Positions 8,389-17,666 are shown, counted from the first letter of the stretch. The stretch: DNA of 64,000 bases from Candidatus Thorarchaeota archaeon (GCA_048884965.1 JBHLQH010000007.1:93996-157995); one strand, 5' to 3'. Notes: a model not told the origin generated them from the letters alone. Translations and numbers: made by a program.

Positions 8389-9228
8389 TCAGACGTTGTG
8401 CTGGGAAGGTCGTAGCTCGATGTCGAAGACATAATGTACGATGCCTGGGGAGTAATGTTTCACCTCTCGGTAGGTAGGTCTCGCTTGGAAGTCGTGGACC
8501 TGAGCTATTGTACTAATTGTATTACAATATGCATTAGCCTCGGCCGCAGGAATCGCAGTATGGAGATGGACCCATCCACCCTTGGGAGAGAGGGTCTCTA
8601 AAGCAGCGGGAAGGAAATCGATGGTATCGTGGAGGTACCCCATCACGACCCGATCAGCGATACCGACTGGATGCACTTCCCTACAATCACCAAGAACTGC
8701 TCTCATTCTATCCTGAACATTGTTGAGCATGATGTTCTCCTGAAGGAACCTGAAAGCTTCGGGATTGATCTCGATGGCGGTGACATGGGCATTGGTCCTA
8801 GCAGCGATATGTAGCCCGAACTGTCCTACACATGCGAACATATCAACGACGTGCTCATGCGCTGCTACTCTCTTGGGAAGAGATATCCGCTCTCCACGGT
8901 TCCCTCTTGAGAAGGTAAGGCGAAGGGGATCGACACGAAACCTCACCCCATTCTCTGTGTGGGTCGTTAGGGTATCCAAATCCCCTGCGACAAGAGCGAA
9001 GGATGGGAGCCGGGTTTCTCCCTCGGTGGGTCCCGTTCGAACAGCGACGGACCTGATCCTGGAATCATAGTCCAAGGTCAGCTTACCTATCCTTGACGCA
9101 AGCTTTGGGTCATCGAAGGGGAGGGTAAGGAGAGCGACATGGCCGACGACATCATATCCTCTAGGAAGGATCAAGTTCTCTGGGATGCTATCTGCAAGGT
9201 TTGACTTGAGATATTCTCGGTATCGCAT
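8389..9228 (-). CDS. Trm5/Taw2 (Met-10+) family SAM-dependent tRNA modification enzyme
   Basis: TTHTENGVRFRVD, FSRGNRGER, VVDMFACVGQFG, AIEINPEAF..L.ENI.LN and ADRVVMGY. Confidence 0.88.
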   Translation of the reverse strand: MRYREYLKSNLADSIPENLILPRGYDVVGHVALLTLPFDDPKLASRIGKLTLDYDSRIRSVAVRTGPTEGETRLPSFALVAGDLDTLTTHTENGVRFRVDPLRLTFSRGNRGERISLPKRVAAHEHVVDMFACVGQFGLHIAARTNAHVTAIEINPEAFRFLQENIMLNNVQDRMRAVLGDCREVHPVGIADRVVMGYLHDTIDFLPAALETLSPKGGWVHLHTAIPAAEANAYCNTISTIAQVHDFQARPTYREVKHYSPGIVHYVFDIELRPSQHNV

Positions 9229-9459
9229 GACAGAGGCAGTACAGACTCCTTACCTAGAAAATCCTTCGTTTCTAGGACAACATATCCTAAGAGGTCACTT
9301 TTTTCTTGAACATATTGTAATACAAGTAATAGAGCAAGATCCGGGCCAATGCACCCCGCTCCGCATCTCCAGAGCATCCTTGGAATTTGGAACACGTGTT
9401 CTAAACTCATAGAAGGTCACATAGAAAATGGGGGGCTCTGAAGTAATATGCTATGACTA

Positions 9460-10671
9460 CTAGCAGTAGATGTTACTTGGAGCAGTACCTTCACTACTTC
9501 GCTCTTTGACCTTCTGAACTGCCTTGCGGAAGTGATCATGCGTCACACAGGTCTGCCCATCTCTGATAGCGAACATACCCGCCTCTGTGCAGATGGCCTT
9601 GATATCCGCACCAGTCAACTTCATCCTGTCTGATACTAATGTATCAAAGTTCACAGTGTCCTGGATGTTCATGCCGCGAGTGTGGATCTTGAATATCTCC
9701 TTCTGGCTTGTTGAGTCCGGGAATGGGAACTCGATGATACGATCGAATCGACCAGGTCTTAGAAGTGCAGGGTCTAGAATGTCTGGTCGGTTAGTAGCCC
9801 CAATAATCGCAACCTGCCCGCGTGTCTCGAATCCGTCTAGCTCGCTCAAGAGCTGCATGAGGGTTCGCTGGACCTCTCGGTCTCCAGATGTCGCGATATC
9901 AAGTCGATGGGAACCGACAGCATCAAGCTCGTCAACGAAGACGATAGCCGGTGCTTTCTCCTTGGCCATCATGAAGATCTCCCTGACCAATCGTGCGCCT
10001 TCACCAATGAACTTCTGAACTAGCTCTGAACCGATGACTCGAATGAAGGTGGCCTTAGTCTCATGAGCCACTGCTCGTGCGCTCAAAGTCTTACCCGTAC
10101 CTGGAGGTCCAGTCAAAAGCACACCCTTTGGTGGCTCGATGCCTACCTGCTCGAAGAGCTCGGGACTGTTAAGGGGTAGTTCCACGGTCTCTCGAATCTC
10201 CCGGAGCTGATCATGTAAACCGCCGATGTCTGAGTAGCTGACTTGTGGTGCTTCCTCTATCTCCATGGCGCGAATCATTGGGTCTCGCGATGGAGGTAGC
10301 TCCTGCGTGACTGCAAAAGAGCGTTGATTGAGTGCTACTCGGGCTCCAGGCTGTAGCTTATCCCGTGGTATGCTTGATGAAACATGAGTGACGAAGGTTG
10401 GCCCAGTAGATGACTTGACTATTGCGCGCCCATCTTCCAAGATCTCAGAAATCGTCGCTGTGATGAGAGGACTCTGACGGAGCTTCTCAAGCTCGGTTCG
10501 CAGTGTCTGGGTTTCCTTCTCTAGTCGGCCTCGTTCTGCCTGAAGGATCTGGCGCTCTGTTTCCAGCGCTCGTAGCCTGCGTTCCAGATGGCGAGTATAG
10601 CTCTGCGAGTAGGTCTCGTCTTCGCTTTCGACTTCGCCTTCCTTCTTTGATTCGGTTCCACCAGGCATCAT
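9460..10671 (-). CDS. pan: Proteasome-activating nucleotidase
   Basis: N-terminal coiled coil and OB fold, GPPGTGKT, VFVDELDA, ATNRPDILDPALLRPGRFDR, and C-terminal HbYX motif (IYC). Confidence 0.96.
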   Translation of the reverse strand: MMPGGTESKKEGEVESEDETYSQSYTRHLERRLRALETERQILQAERGRLEKETQTLRTELEKLRQSPLITATISEILEDGRAIVKSSTGPTFVTHVSSSIPRDKLQPGARVALNQRSFAVTQELPPSRDPMIRAMEIEEAPQVSYSDIGGLHDQLREIRETVELPLNSPELFEQVGIEPPKGVLLTGPPGTGKTLSARAVAHETKATFIRVIGSELVQKFIGEGARLVREIFMMAKEKAPAIVFVDELDAVGSHRLDIATSGDREVQRTLMQLLSELDGFETRGQVAIIGATNRPDILDPALLRPGRFDRIIEFPFPDSTSQKEIFKIHTRGMNIQDTVNFDTLVSDRMKLTGADIKAICTEAGMFAIRDGQTCVTHDHFRKAVQKVKERSSEGTAPSNIYC

Positions 10672-11324
10672 TAGGCACCTCAGCTTCTAATCCGTTGTTA
10701 GTTACTTAAGCATATCTTTAATGGTCATTCTTAGATTGTACTATGTAAGTAAATAATACTTGTAATACAATGGCGTACGTTCAGAATCATCAAAATCTCT
10801 ATTGTATCTCCATACATTTGGCTTTCCGAAATCGATTATTCTCGGACATGTTCAGTTTCTCCTCTCTGAATCAGTAAAGACGCCATAGAGATACAGATTC
10901 TTGAAAGTAACCCTTCAACGTTTATGTAAAATGCAGATGCATCTAACGCCATTCTAACAGATCAATATAGTTACTTAGAGTCACACTGAAACTTTCCTAC
11001 GTGCGAGAAGCAGAGATTTCGCTTATACCTTTGATCTTAGTCAAGCAGCCCTAACCGCTATTTACCATTATATTATCTTTGAATATCAAATACTATTTCA
11101 TGAAACGGAGTCAGATTCTATCGTGGTTTGTTCTTATTTTGCTATTTAAACCACTTCGACAATTGACTTGCGTTTTCTCGCTATTTTGCTAGTTGTGTAC
11201 ACTTTCAGCTCGTCTTTCTGACAAGGGAAAATCCGCGAAACTAACAGCTCGAAACATGTACTATGATTCAGAAAAACCGGATGAAAACCTCCGGAATTGA
11301 CATTTGAAAGGAGAAAGAACGACA

Positions 11325-11438
11325 ATGATTTCAAATCTATTGATACCCCCATTCCGTGATGAACCAGAACAAGAACCAGAGCCTTTTATCTTCACTATTC
11401 CTCCTGGTGGATCCAATCCCCCGGATGAGCCATTCTAA
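11325..11438 (+). CDS. Putative 37-aa Pro/acidic-rich small peptide
   Basis: Below the ORF-track cutoff: MISNLLIPPFRDEPEQEPEPFIFTIPPGGSNPPDEPF. AAGGAG RBS upstream and a perfect hairpin downstream. Confidence 0.5.
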   Translation: MISNLLIPPFRDEPEQEPEPFIFTIPPGGSNPPDEPF

Positions 11439-11453
11439 ACAAGAATCCCTGTG

Positions 11454-11483
11454 TAGAATTCTGGAAATTTCTCCAGAATTCTA
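11454..11483. terminator. Perfect 12-bp hairpin / palindromic site
   Basis: TAGAATTCTGGA-AATTTC-TCCAGAATTCTA between the small ORF and the 683-aa gene. Confidence 0.55.
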
Positions 11484-11553
11484 TCCCCACTTATTTTCAT
11501 ATCCTACCATCGTTTGAAACGATAACTCCATTTAGGTGCATTCAATTCTATAG

Positions 11554-13605
11554 ATGGGTGCTACATTGAACCATCTACGAAACATTAGGAAGATTTGGCT
11601 ACCTGATGGATCATGTCAAAGTGGAGATTTGGCTTATGATGATGGAAGAATAGTAGTATCATTGGATGGACTTGATGGTATATTTAGCCAAGAAGAAAAT
11701 CTGATCCTAGAGATGGATACGATTATTGTTATCGGTGATAATGGTATTTCAAGAGAAACATCTCTGAGAAGACCAATTCGTGTGAAGCTAGCTCCAAAAT
11801 TCTTAGGGAAGAAAACCTATTCCAAGGAGGCAAAAGAGGATGAGTTCGACATATATCCAGAGTCAAGCTATCGGTTTTATGGCAAGCTTGTTCGAGGAAA
11901 ACAGATAGCGATTTTTCTTGTGCAGGAAATCCTTGATGATAACCGCCTATGGCTGACGATATTCGATCCACAAACATATGAAATTCACCAAAGTCACCCA
12001 ATCCACTTGTATGAGTTTGATGTAATACGATTGAAGACATTCTACGAACTGTACTCCGAATACACCTCAGCTTTCAAACCAAAGAACCCTCAGAAAGCTA
12101 AATCAGAGATTTGTAATCTCATAGATATCTCTCAGATATCTTGGTCTGAAATTACAAACATGACACAAGGAATAATCCCATCAACATTTCTGATGACACA
12201 CAATGCCAAGGGTCTATTTGGTCAACTATTTCCAATACAAATCTTTCAAGATGAAGTTAGGGATCAACTCCTTGCCTTTCTTACTTGGGTCGCAAAAGAT
12301 TTACTTCCTAAGGATGACATTGTAGAATTCATTGAACGCACGATGGCCGTACCTTTATTCAGGGATTTGTATATTGCACATCTTCGCTTCGTATTGAATG
12401 ACATAACTCCTCCAAACTATATTGATATTATTAATGACTCAATTGAGAGATTCACGACCAGTTCGAAATCAGTCGAAGAAAGAGTTCGGTGGAATCCAGA
12501 TTTTATCTTGAGAGATCGAATTGAGAGTCTGTCACCAAACAACCAAGATGAAATAACCAGCATTATCAGATCGCTAAATAGATCGAACACCATTCACACA
12601 ACATTGCCTATACAAAAAGAAAAGGGGATGGACTATGAAGCAACACGCAAGCGTTTGATAATGTATGATATGTATATACGTCTAAGAACACATGTGAGAA
12701 CTAGGGCTCTTGGTCTCAGAGAGCTCATATATATCGGATCTGCATATAGATGGCCTACGCTACATACAGCATCATCAATCCGATTAGGAGCTTCTGATTC
12801 TCCTGCTCCATATATGCAATCCATGATAATGCCAGTTTCAGCAGCAGAACAAGTAAAAAGAGTTCTACCAAAAGTTTTGGATATTGAATGGGCTTCACAT
12901 TCGATAAACATGCAATTGTATAATCAATCAGAAAGCAAATGGACAATTAATCCAAATAGAATTAGCGAGTCTTTTTCCAGAAAGAAATCACTAAAAGATT
13001 TGATGGATGAATTTGGCGTTTGGAAGGGCGATACCACTTATTTTCCAGATGAAAAAGAGGTTAGAATTCTAGATATGACAAGCAATATGTTCTATCTGTC
13101 TGACTTGGAGTCAGAAACAGGACGAGAGTATTGGCAGACTGACGAAAATGAGAGCAAGGCAATTCTTTCTAAATTGAGAAACAATGGCATAATCGACATC
13201 TCATATTGGTACGATTTCAAGCAATCACTATCACCAGTTTATGTTTCACTTAGAGGGCCCGAGAACATAGTATGTTCAATTACATACAGTCTCTTGAAAG
13301 ATGTTCCCACATCATTGGTGCGAATTACTGACAGGGGCAAAGTGGCCTTGATAGCTTCCAGAGTACCCCCCGAATACAAATCGGTATTCTTTGATACTAT
13401 TCAAGAAAACTCAAAAAACACCGATTTGGTGATGCAATGCTCAGAAGTATCAGGCCATCGAAACTATACAACAGATTTGTATCAACGTCTCAGATGCAGT
13501 GACGATACTTGGAACTCCGATATTACAGGACTTCTTTCACAAATAAGGTCATTACCGAAGACCCTCTTGGATGAGATTACAGCTGAAATTAGCCAATCTA
13601 GATAG
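11554..13605 (+). CDS. Large hypothetical protein, possible C-terminal winged helix
   Basis: 683-aa ORF, visibly AT-richer than its neighbours. ESKAILSKLRNNGIIDISY resembles a wHTH helix plus wing. Confidence 0.8.
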   Translation: MGATLNHLRNIRKIWLPDGSCQSGDLAYDDGRIVVSLDGLDGIFSQEENLILEMDTIIVIGDNGISRETSLRRPIRVKLAPKFLGKKTYSKEAKEDEFDIYPESSYRFYGKLVRGKQIAIFLVQEILDDNRLWLTIFDPQTYEIHQSHPIHLYEFDVIRLKTFYELYSEYTSAFKPKNPQKAKSEICNLIDISQISWSEITNMTQGIIPSTFLMTHNAKGLFGQLFPIQIFQDEVRDQLLAFLTWVAKDLLPKDDIVEFIERTMAVPLFRDLYIAHLRFVLNDITPPNYIDIINDSIERFTTSSKSVEERVRWNPDFILRDRIESLSPNNQDEITSIIRSLNRSNTIHTTLPIQKEKGMDYEATRKRLIMYDMYIRLRTHVRTRALGLRELIYIGSAYRWPTLHTASSIRLGASDSPAPYMQSMIMPVSAAEQVKRVLPKVLDIEWASHSINMQLYNQSESKWTINPNRISESFSRKKSLKDLMDEFGVWKGDTTYFPDEKEVRILDMTSNMFYLSDLESETGREYWQTDENESKAILSKLRNNGIIDISYWYDFKQSLSPVYVSLRGPENIVCSITYSLLKDVPTSLVRITDRGKVALIASRVPPEYKSVFFDTIQENSKNTDLVMQCSEVSGHRNYTTDLYQRLRCSDDTWNSDITGLLSQIRSLPKTLLDEITAEISQSR

Positions 13606-13609
13606 GGTT

Positions 13610-14290
13610 TCATTTCAACATGTATGACCCGTTTTCGGTTCCAATATGCACCTCATCCGTCATTCCAATAAATAGACCCGTTTCGACCACACCAGGAATC
13701 ATCTTCAGATCCACTGCGACCTTCGCAGGGTCCTTGATAGGCGCTGGAAACTTGAGATCGAGTAGAAAATTCCCATTGTCAGTCACCACTGGTCCCATCT
13801 TCTTCTGTGCCATCCTGACTGTCGGTGTGATTCCCATCTCTGTGATCTTTCGCTTCACGACGCCAAGCGCGAAGGGCAACACCTCGATAGGAATCTCGAA
13901 CCTTGTCGCAAGATGCTCCACCAACTTCGACTCGTCCACGATGATAATGAGCTTTTCCGAGGCAGAGGCTACTACCTTCTCCTGAAAGAGTGCACCACCA
14001 CCGCCCTTGGTAAGATTCAGGTCCTTGTCAACCTCATCCGCGCCATCCACTGTCATGAGCAAGGATGGGTTGATGTCAAGGTTGGTCAGGGGTATCTCAT
14101 ACTCGACAGCGAGCTGGTATGCTTGATAGGAACTTGGTACCACACTGACATCCACCTCACCTTCAGCGATCTGTCGTCCAAGCTCCTTGGCGAAGATGGC
14201 GACGGTGGATCCACTACCCAACCCGATTGCCCCACTCTTGGGAATCAACGGGATGACACTCTTGGCTGCATTCAGTTTTGCGTTCGACAT
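13610..14290 (-). CDS. rpiA: Ribose-5-phosphate isomerase A
   Basis: IGLGSGST, DGADEVD, KGGGGALFQEKVVA, TDNGN and IPGVVETGLF. Confidence 0.96.
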   Translation of the reverse strand: MSNAKLNAAKSVIPLIPKSGAIGLGSGSTVAIFAKELGRQIAEGEVDVSVVPSSYQAYQLAVEYEIPLTNLDINPSLLMTVDGADEVDKDLNLTKGGGGALFQEKVVASASEKLIIIVDESKLVEHLATRFEIPIEVLPFALGVVKRKITEMGITPTVRMAQKKMGPVVTDNGNFLLDLKFPAPIKDPAKVAVDLKMIPGVVETGLFIGMTDEVHIGTENGSYMLK

Positions 14291-14391
14291 GATGAAAGGT
14301 CTCACAGAGCTGCTATGTCAAGAGAGTCTGACTCACTCAAAAATCCTTTCCAAGGAGAGCGAGGCGAAAAAACAGGTGGGGTGGGAGGTCT

Positions 14392-14604
14392 CTAAGCAGT
14401 GGTGTAGGGTAATTCATCTCGTGTGGGGATTGTCGCTCTCGCTCTCCAATAGACAGCCCATCTACTATCAGGCGTCTTTGAGATAACAACACAACGGGTT
14501 TCTTTCATAGTCCTTGCAAGAAGTACGGCGTCATGTCCATTCACGAATACCTCTGCGAGTCGATAGAGGTGTCCACCGATGTAACGCCACTTCTTGACGG
14601 TCAT
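14392..14604 (-). CDS. Small hypothetical protein
   Basis: 70-aa ORF with a protein-like composition (RWAVYWR) and a TTAATAA TATA-like element upstream. Confidence 0.55.
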   Translation of the reverse strand: MTVKKWRYIGGHLYRLAEVFVNGHDAVLLARTMKETRCVVISKTPDSRWAVYWRARATIPTRDELPYTTA

Positions 14605-14723
14605 ACTAGTACGTTATGTTCTTTCACTTATTAACCCCGAAAAGAAAGTACTGTGTAAAACTGCGATGCACAATCGAACATAATCTGTCAAAGAATGCAA
14701 AAAAGAAGGAAGGAGGGACTTAC

Positions 14724-15788
14724 TTAGTCCCCACTCATGAGTGCCTTGAGACGCTCCATCTCTGCGAGCATCTCTGACTGAAGGGAGCTTTTTCCGCCTG
14801 CAGCGGGTGCTCCACCTGGCGCTCCGCCGCTGGGAGCTGCACCTCCAGGGGGTCCTCCACTTGGCGCTCCGCCTGGAGGTCCACCACCAGGAGCTGTGCC
14901 TCCAGGAGGTCCTCCACCTGGTGCTCCACCTGAGGGTATGGATCCTCCGGGAGGTCCGCCGCCAGGAGCTGCTCCGCCAGGAGGTCCACCGCCTGGGGGT
15001 CCGCCACCAGGTGGCCCGCCGCCGGGAGCTGCCCCTCCAGGTGGACCACCACCAGGTGGCCCGCCGCCGGGAGGTCCTCCACTAGGAACGGCTCCACCAG
15101 GGGGTCCGCCACCAGGAGCCGCCCCTCCGGGCGGTCCACCCGAAGGCGCAACAGCTGCAGTAGTAGCAGCAGGTCCAGTGCCAGTCGCACTAGGCATGCC
15201 AACACTGCTTGGGCCAGCGGCCTCAGTATCAGCTTCTACTTCAGTGCCTGACATGGCTGCCAATTTCTTTAGATAATCAGAACGAGCTCTATCAATACCC
15301 TCATCTACAGCAACAATCTCCTTTAGCTCATCATCTTTCGCGACTGCTCCACGAACAGATTCGAGTCGTACTTGATAGGTAGCGATGAGCTTGTCCTTCA
15401 TTGACTCATCGATCTCACCCTGTTGAGCATAGTAATCGATAGCAGATATTGCCTGTTGAATTGCATTCTCTTCGACCTTGAGGAAGACAAGGGCATCTCC
15501 AGCTTTCTTGAGATACTTTAGCTTCTTAGCGCCGGCTACCCCGCCAGAAACATCTCCTGTAGATGCGATAATCCTCTGAATAGCCTCAGTGACACTTGCA
15601 CTACCGCCGCCTCCGGAACGACGGGCTCGGACTACTAAAACAAGAATTATGACTACCAAGGGTGTAGTGATTGTGATAACAAACCAAGCCATCCATCCAA
15701 AAGGGATTCCTAGTGGATAGAAGAAGTTCTGAAGGGGCATGAATATACTTTCTATGAATCGTACGAAGTCAAGATAGGGGCTTTGCAA
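14724..15788 (-). CDS. Single-pass membrane protein with helical domain, long Gly/Pro (GGPPGG) repeat region and short C-terminal amphipathic helix
   Basis: N-terminal TM followed by RARR, about a dozen GPPG units, ending SSLQSEMLAEMERLKALMSGD. AGGTGA RBS before the TTG start. Confidence 0.85.
   Translation of the reverse strand: MQSPYLDFVRFIESIFMPLQNFFYPLGIPFGWMAWFVITITTPLVVIILVLVVRARRSGGGGSASVTEAIQRIIASTGDVSGGVAGAKKLKYLKKAGDALVFLKVEENAIQQAISAIDYYAQQGEIDESMKDKLIATYQVRLESVRGAVAKDDELKEIVAVDEGIDRARSDYLKKLAAMSGTEVEADTEAAGPSSVGMPSATGTGPAATTAAVAPSGGPPGGAAPGGGPPGGAVPSGGPPGGGPPGGGPPGGAAPGGGPPGGGPPGGGPPGGAAPGGGPPGGSIPSGGAPGGGPPGGTAPGGGPPGGAPSGGPPGGAAPSGGAPGGAPAAGGKSSLQSEMLAEMERLKALMSGD
14808..15147 (-). 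repeat. GC-rich coding tandem repeat (GGPPG / GGAAP units)
   Basis: Degenerate 15/30-bp units with synonymous variation encoding the Gly/Pro region. Confidence 0.85.
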
Positions 15789-16040
15789 TTTGTTTCACCT
15801 ACTAATATGTCACCTTGGTATATAGGTTCAGTCCTGTCTACGCTATTTTAGCTTTCTCGTAGGCATTAGGAGTTTGTATTACACGTGCAAGCGTAATGCG
15901 GCTAATACCTTCGGCTATTTTCTTCAAGCATTATTGGACACAACACCTCTTAAACGTGTTCTCCCATGACCAAGCCTTTCCTTACACGCTAGGTTTGCTT
16001 AAATCATCTTGTTAGTACGTGGCTATGAAGGTGAGAATAA

Positions 16041-16583
16041 GTGACTCTACTAGACCCATCTCTTGAATTCTATGTCATGCATGAGAAGTCATGGAAATTC
16101 GGTGGTGGAGACATCTACGATCCACAAGGTCAGAAAATTGGCGCTATGAAGAGGAAGTTGATCTCCATGCGCGCCGAGATCCTACTGGAGGACGCAGATG
16201 GAACCCCGCTATGTATAATCAATAAGAAGCTGGTGAGCGCTCGTCCAATCTATGATGTGAAGACTCCAGATGGCGAGCTCATTGGCAGAGGAAAACGACC
16301 AATGGTCGCCCTTCGAGGCTCAGTAGATATGTACGATGCTGATGATAAGATGATCTACAAGGCACAGGGCGGAGTGACCAAGTGGAACTTCACAATCACA
16401 GATCCCGATGATAAGAAGAAGGTCTATGCTGAGATCAAGAAGGGCGATAAGTGGAGGGACGTGTTCGCGAAGGCGTTCAGTTTCAAGGACAGGTATGTCA
16501 TCCATATCCAGTCTCCAGATGCTCCCCGTCTGATGCTATTGGCATATGCAGTCATAATCGATAATGTATACCACGATAAGTAA
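16041..16583 (+). CDS. LURP-one-related / scramblase (Tubby C-terminal-like) family protein
   Basis: Repeated D.YD..G..IG beta-hairpin pattern, DRYVIHI, and C-terminal LLAYAVIID helix. Confidence 0.8.
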   Translation: MTLLDPSLEFYVMHEKSWKFGGGDIYDPQGQKIGAMKRKLISMRAEILLEDADGTPLCIINKKLVSARPIYDVKTPDGELIGRGKRPMVALRGSVDMYDADDKMIYKAQGGVTKWNFTITDPDDKKKVYAEIKKGDKWRDVFAKAFSFKDRYVIHIQSPDAPRLMLLAYAVIIDNVYHDK

Positions 16584-16600
16584 GATTCGTGATTCAAGAA

Positions 16601-16638
16601 GAGTACGATGAGTTGTCGTACTCACTTCTTCTTTTTCT
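16601..16638 (+). terminator. Hairpin plus pyrimidine tract after the LURP-like gene
   Basis: GAGTACGA (16601-16608) / TCGTACTC (16616-16623) followed by CTTCTTCTTTTTCT. Confidence 0.55.
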
Positions 16639-16713
16639 GAGTTTAAATAACTTCACGATGATTGAATCTTGATATAGATTTCAATTTGGTATCGTTGACG
16701 GAGAGATAAGTAG

Positions 16714-17394
16714 ATGCAATTCACCACCCTTGAGATTACCTTTTGGTCCGGTATTATCGCTGGAATAATCGCGATAATAGGAGGACTGTATCTTGTCAGT
16801 CTATGGAAGAATCAGAATACACGAATGTTGATGGATCTACCACTTGTCTTTGGGATCTCATTTGTAGTGCAGGGTGTGAACTTCTTCATACTCTCATCTA
16901 TGAATTATGGATATCTTCCTGATACCTTAGAGCTCTTCAGACTCAGGACCTTTGTGATTGCAGGCTCTATGTTCCCCTTTGTAGCGGTCATATTGGATAT
17001 CTGGCTATCGAAATACAGGAGATACTTCAAGTACATCATGAGTGTTGCGATAGGATACTGGGTTGTAGTAACTCTCTTGGGAGAATCCTCCTCAATGATT
17101 ATGATCTTGGTAATGCCAATTCTTCTATTCGTGCTTCTGGGACTTGTGATAACTTTTGCAATCACATGGAGGACAAACCGCCTCAAGGAAGTAAGAAGCG
17201 GTCTCATGGTCATAGCACTCGCATTTATCTTCACTAGCCAGATGACCAAGGTATCCCTCATGGCTATTGGTTTTAGCTTCATCGCAGATATGTTGACTGT
17301 GGTTGGGTCCGTGCTAGCTATCCTGGCTCTTACAAACCCCTGGAAGGAAAAGCAAAAGGAAACAAGATCAGAGATTCCAGAGATCTACGCGTGA
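16714..17394 (+). CDS. Multi-pass membrane protein (about 7 TM)
   Basis: 226 aa with about seven hydrophobic segments. Confidence 0.8.
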   Translation: MQFTTLEITFWSGIIAGIIAIIGGLYLVSLWKNQNTRMLMDLPLVFGISFVVQGVNFFILSSMNYGYLPDTLELFRLRTFVIAGSMFPFVAVILDIWLSKYRRYFKYIMSVAIGYWVVVTLLGESSSMIMILVMPILLFVLLGLVITFAITWRTNRLKEVRSGLMVIALAFIFTSQMTKVSLMAIGFSFIADMLTVVGSVLAILALTNPWKEKQKETRSEIPEIYA

Positions 17395-17486
17395 ACAAGC
17401 CTTCGGAGTGGCATCAAGTATGTAAAGGAAGTGCTTGATACTACTACGAAAACTCTATAATATGTTCAGTGTGTTCCAGCGGCCAA

Positions 17487-17627
17487 GCCTCGGTAGCTAA
17501 GTGGTCTAAGAGGTTGTGACTATTCTGAGTCACATCCTAGGAAGCGCCTGACTTGTACGTCAGATGACTACTGTCTCTTGATCAAGATATCAGGAGATCC
17601 CGAGTTCAAATCTCGGCCGGGGCTCCA
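17487..17627 (+). tRNA. tRNA-Thr(UGU) with two introns (D-arm and 37/38)
   Basis: Acceptor GCCTCGG/CCGGGGC, anticodon arm CCTGA-CT-TGT-A[intron]A-TCAGG, GTTCAAATC T-loop, encoded CCA. An extra hairpin insert lies in the D-arm. Confidence 0.88.
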
Positions 17628-17666
17628 ATTTGTTCTAAAGACTGCCATATGACAAATCTATCCTAA

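Larger units (their letters stand above)
36..10769. repeat. Dispersed cluster of TGTAWTACA boxes, mostly in 9-bp-phased tandem doublets or triplets (putative centromere-like RHH-protein binding sites)
   Basis: Exact 9-mer starts at 36, 452, 1028, 1527, 2253, 2560, 3307, 3902, 6690, 7925, 8518, 9316 and 10761, with outliers at 15875 and 27216. Degenerate phased arrays at 4860-4886 and 5354-5371. Confidence 0.9.

Noticed and set aside
9171-9412. Short ORFs between the Trm5/Taw2 gene and pan (possible L40e)
   Set aside because: No L40e zinc-finger pattern in the translations, and the ORFs overlap the neighbouring gene. The gap is better explained as non-coding DNA with a hairpin (9253-9276) and a box array.
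36-10769. TGTAWTACA repeats as a CRISPR array
   Set aside because: Units are 9 bp, irregularly spaced hundreds of bp apart and partly intragenic. There is no repeat-spacer periodicity and no cas gene.
10680-11550. AT-rich gap as a Cdc6/Orc1-type replication origin
   Set aside because: I could not find ORB-like repeats with G-strings, and no cdc6/orc1 gene with a winged helix is in the window. A nearby origin is not excluded.
14735-15276. Alternative-frame ORFs over the Gly/Pro repeat
   Set aside because: These are shadow ORFs caused by the GC-rich, stop-free repeat.
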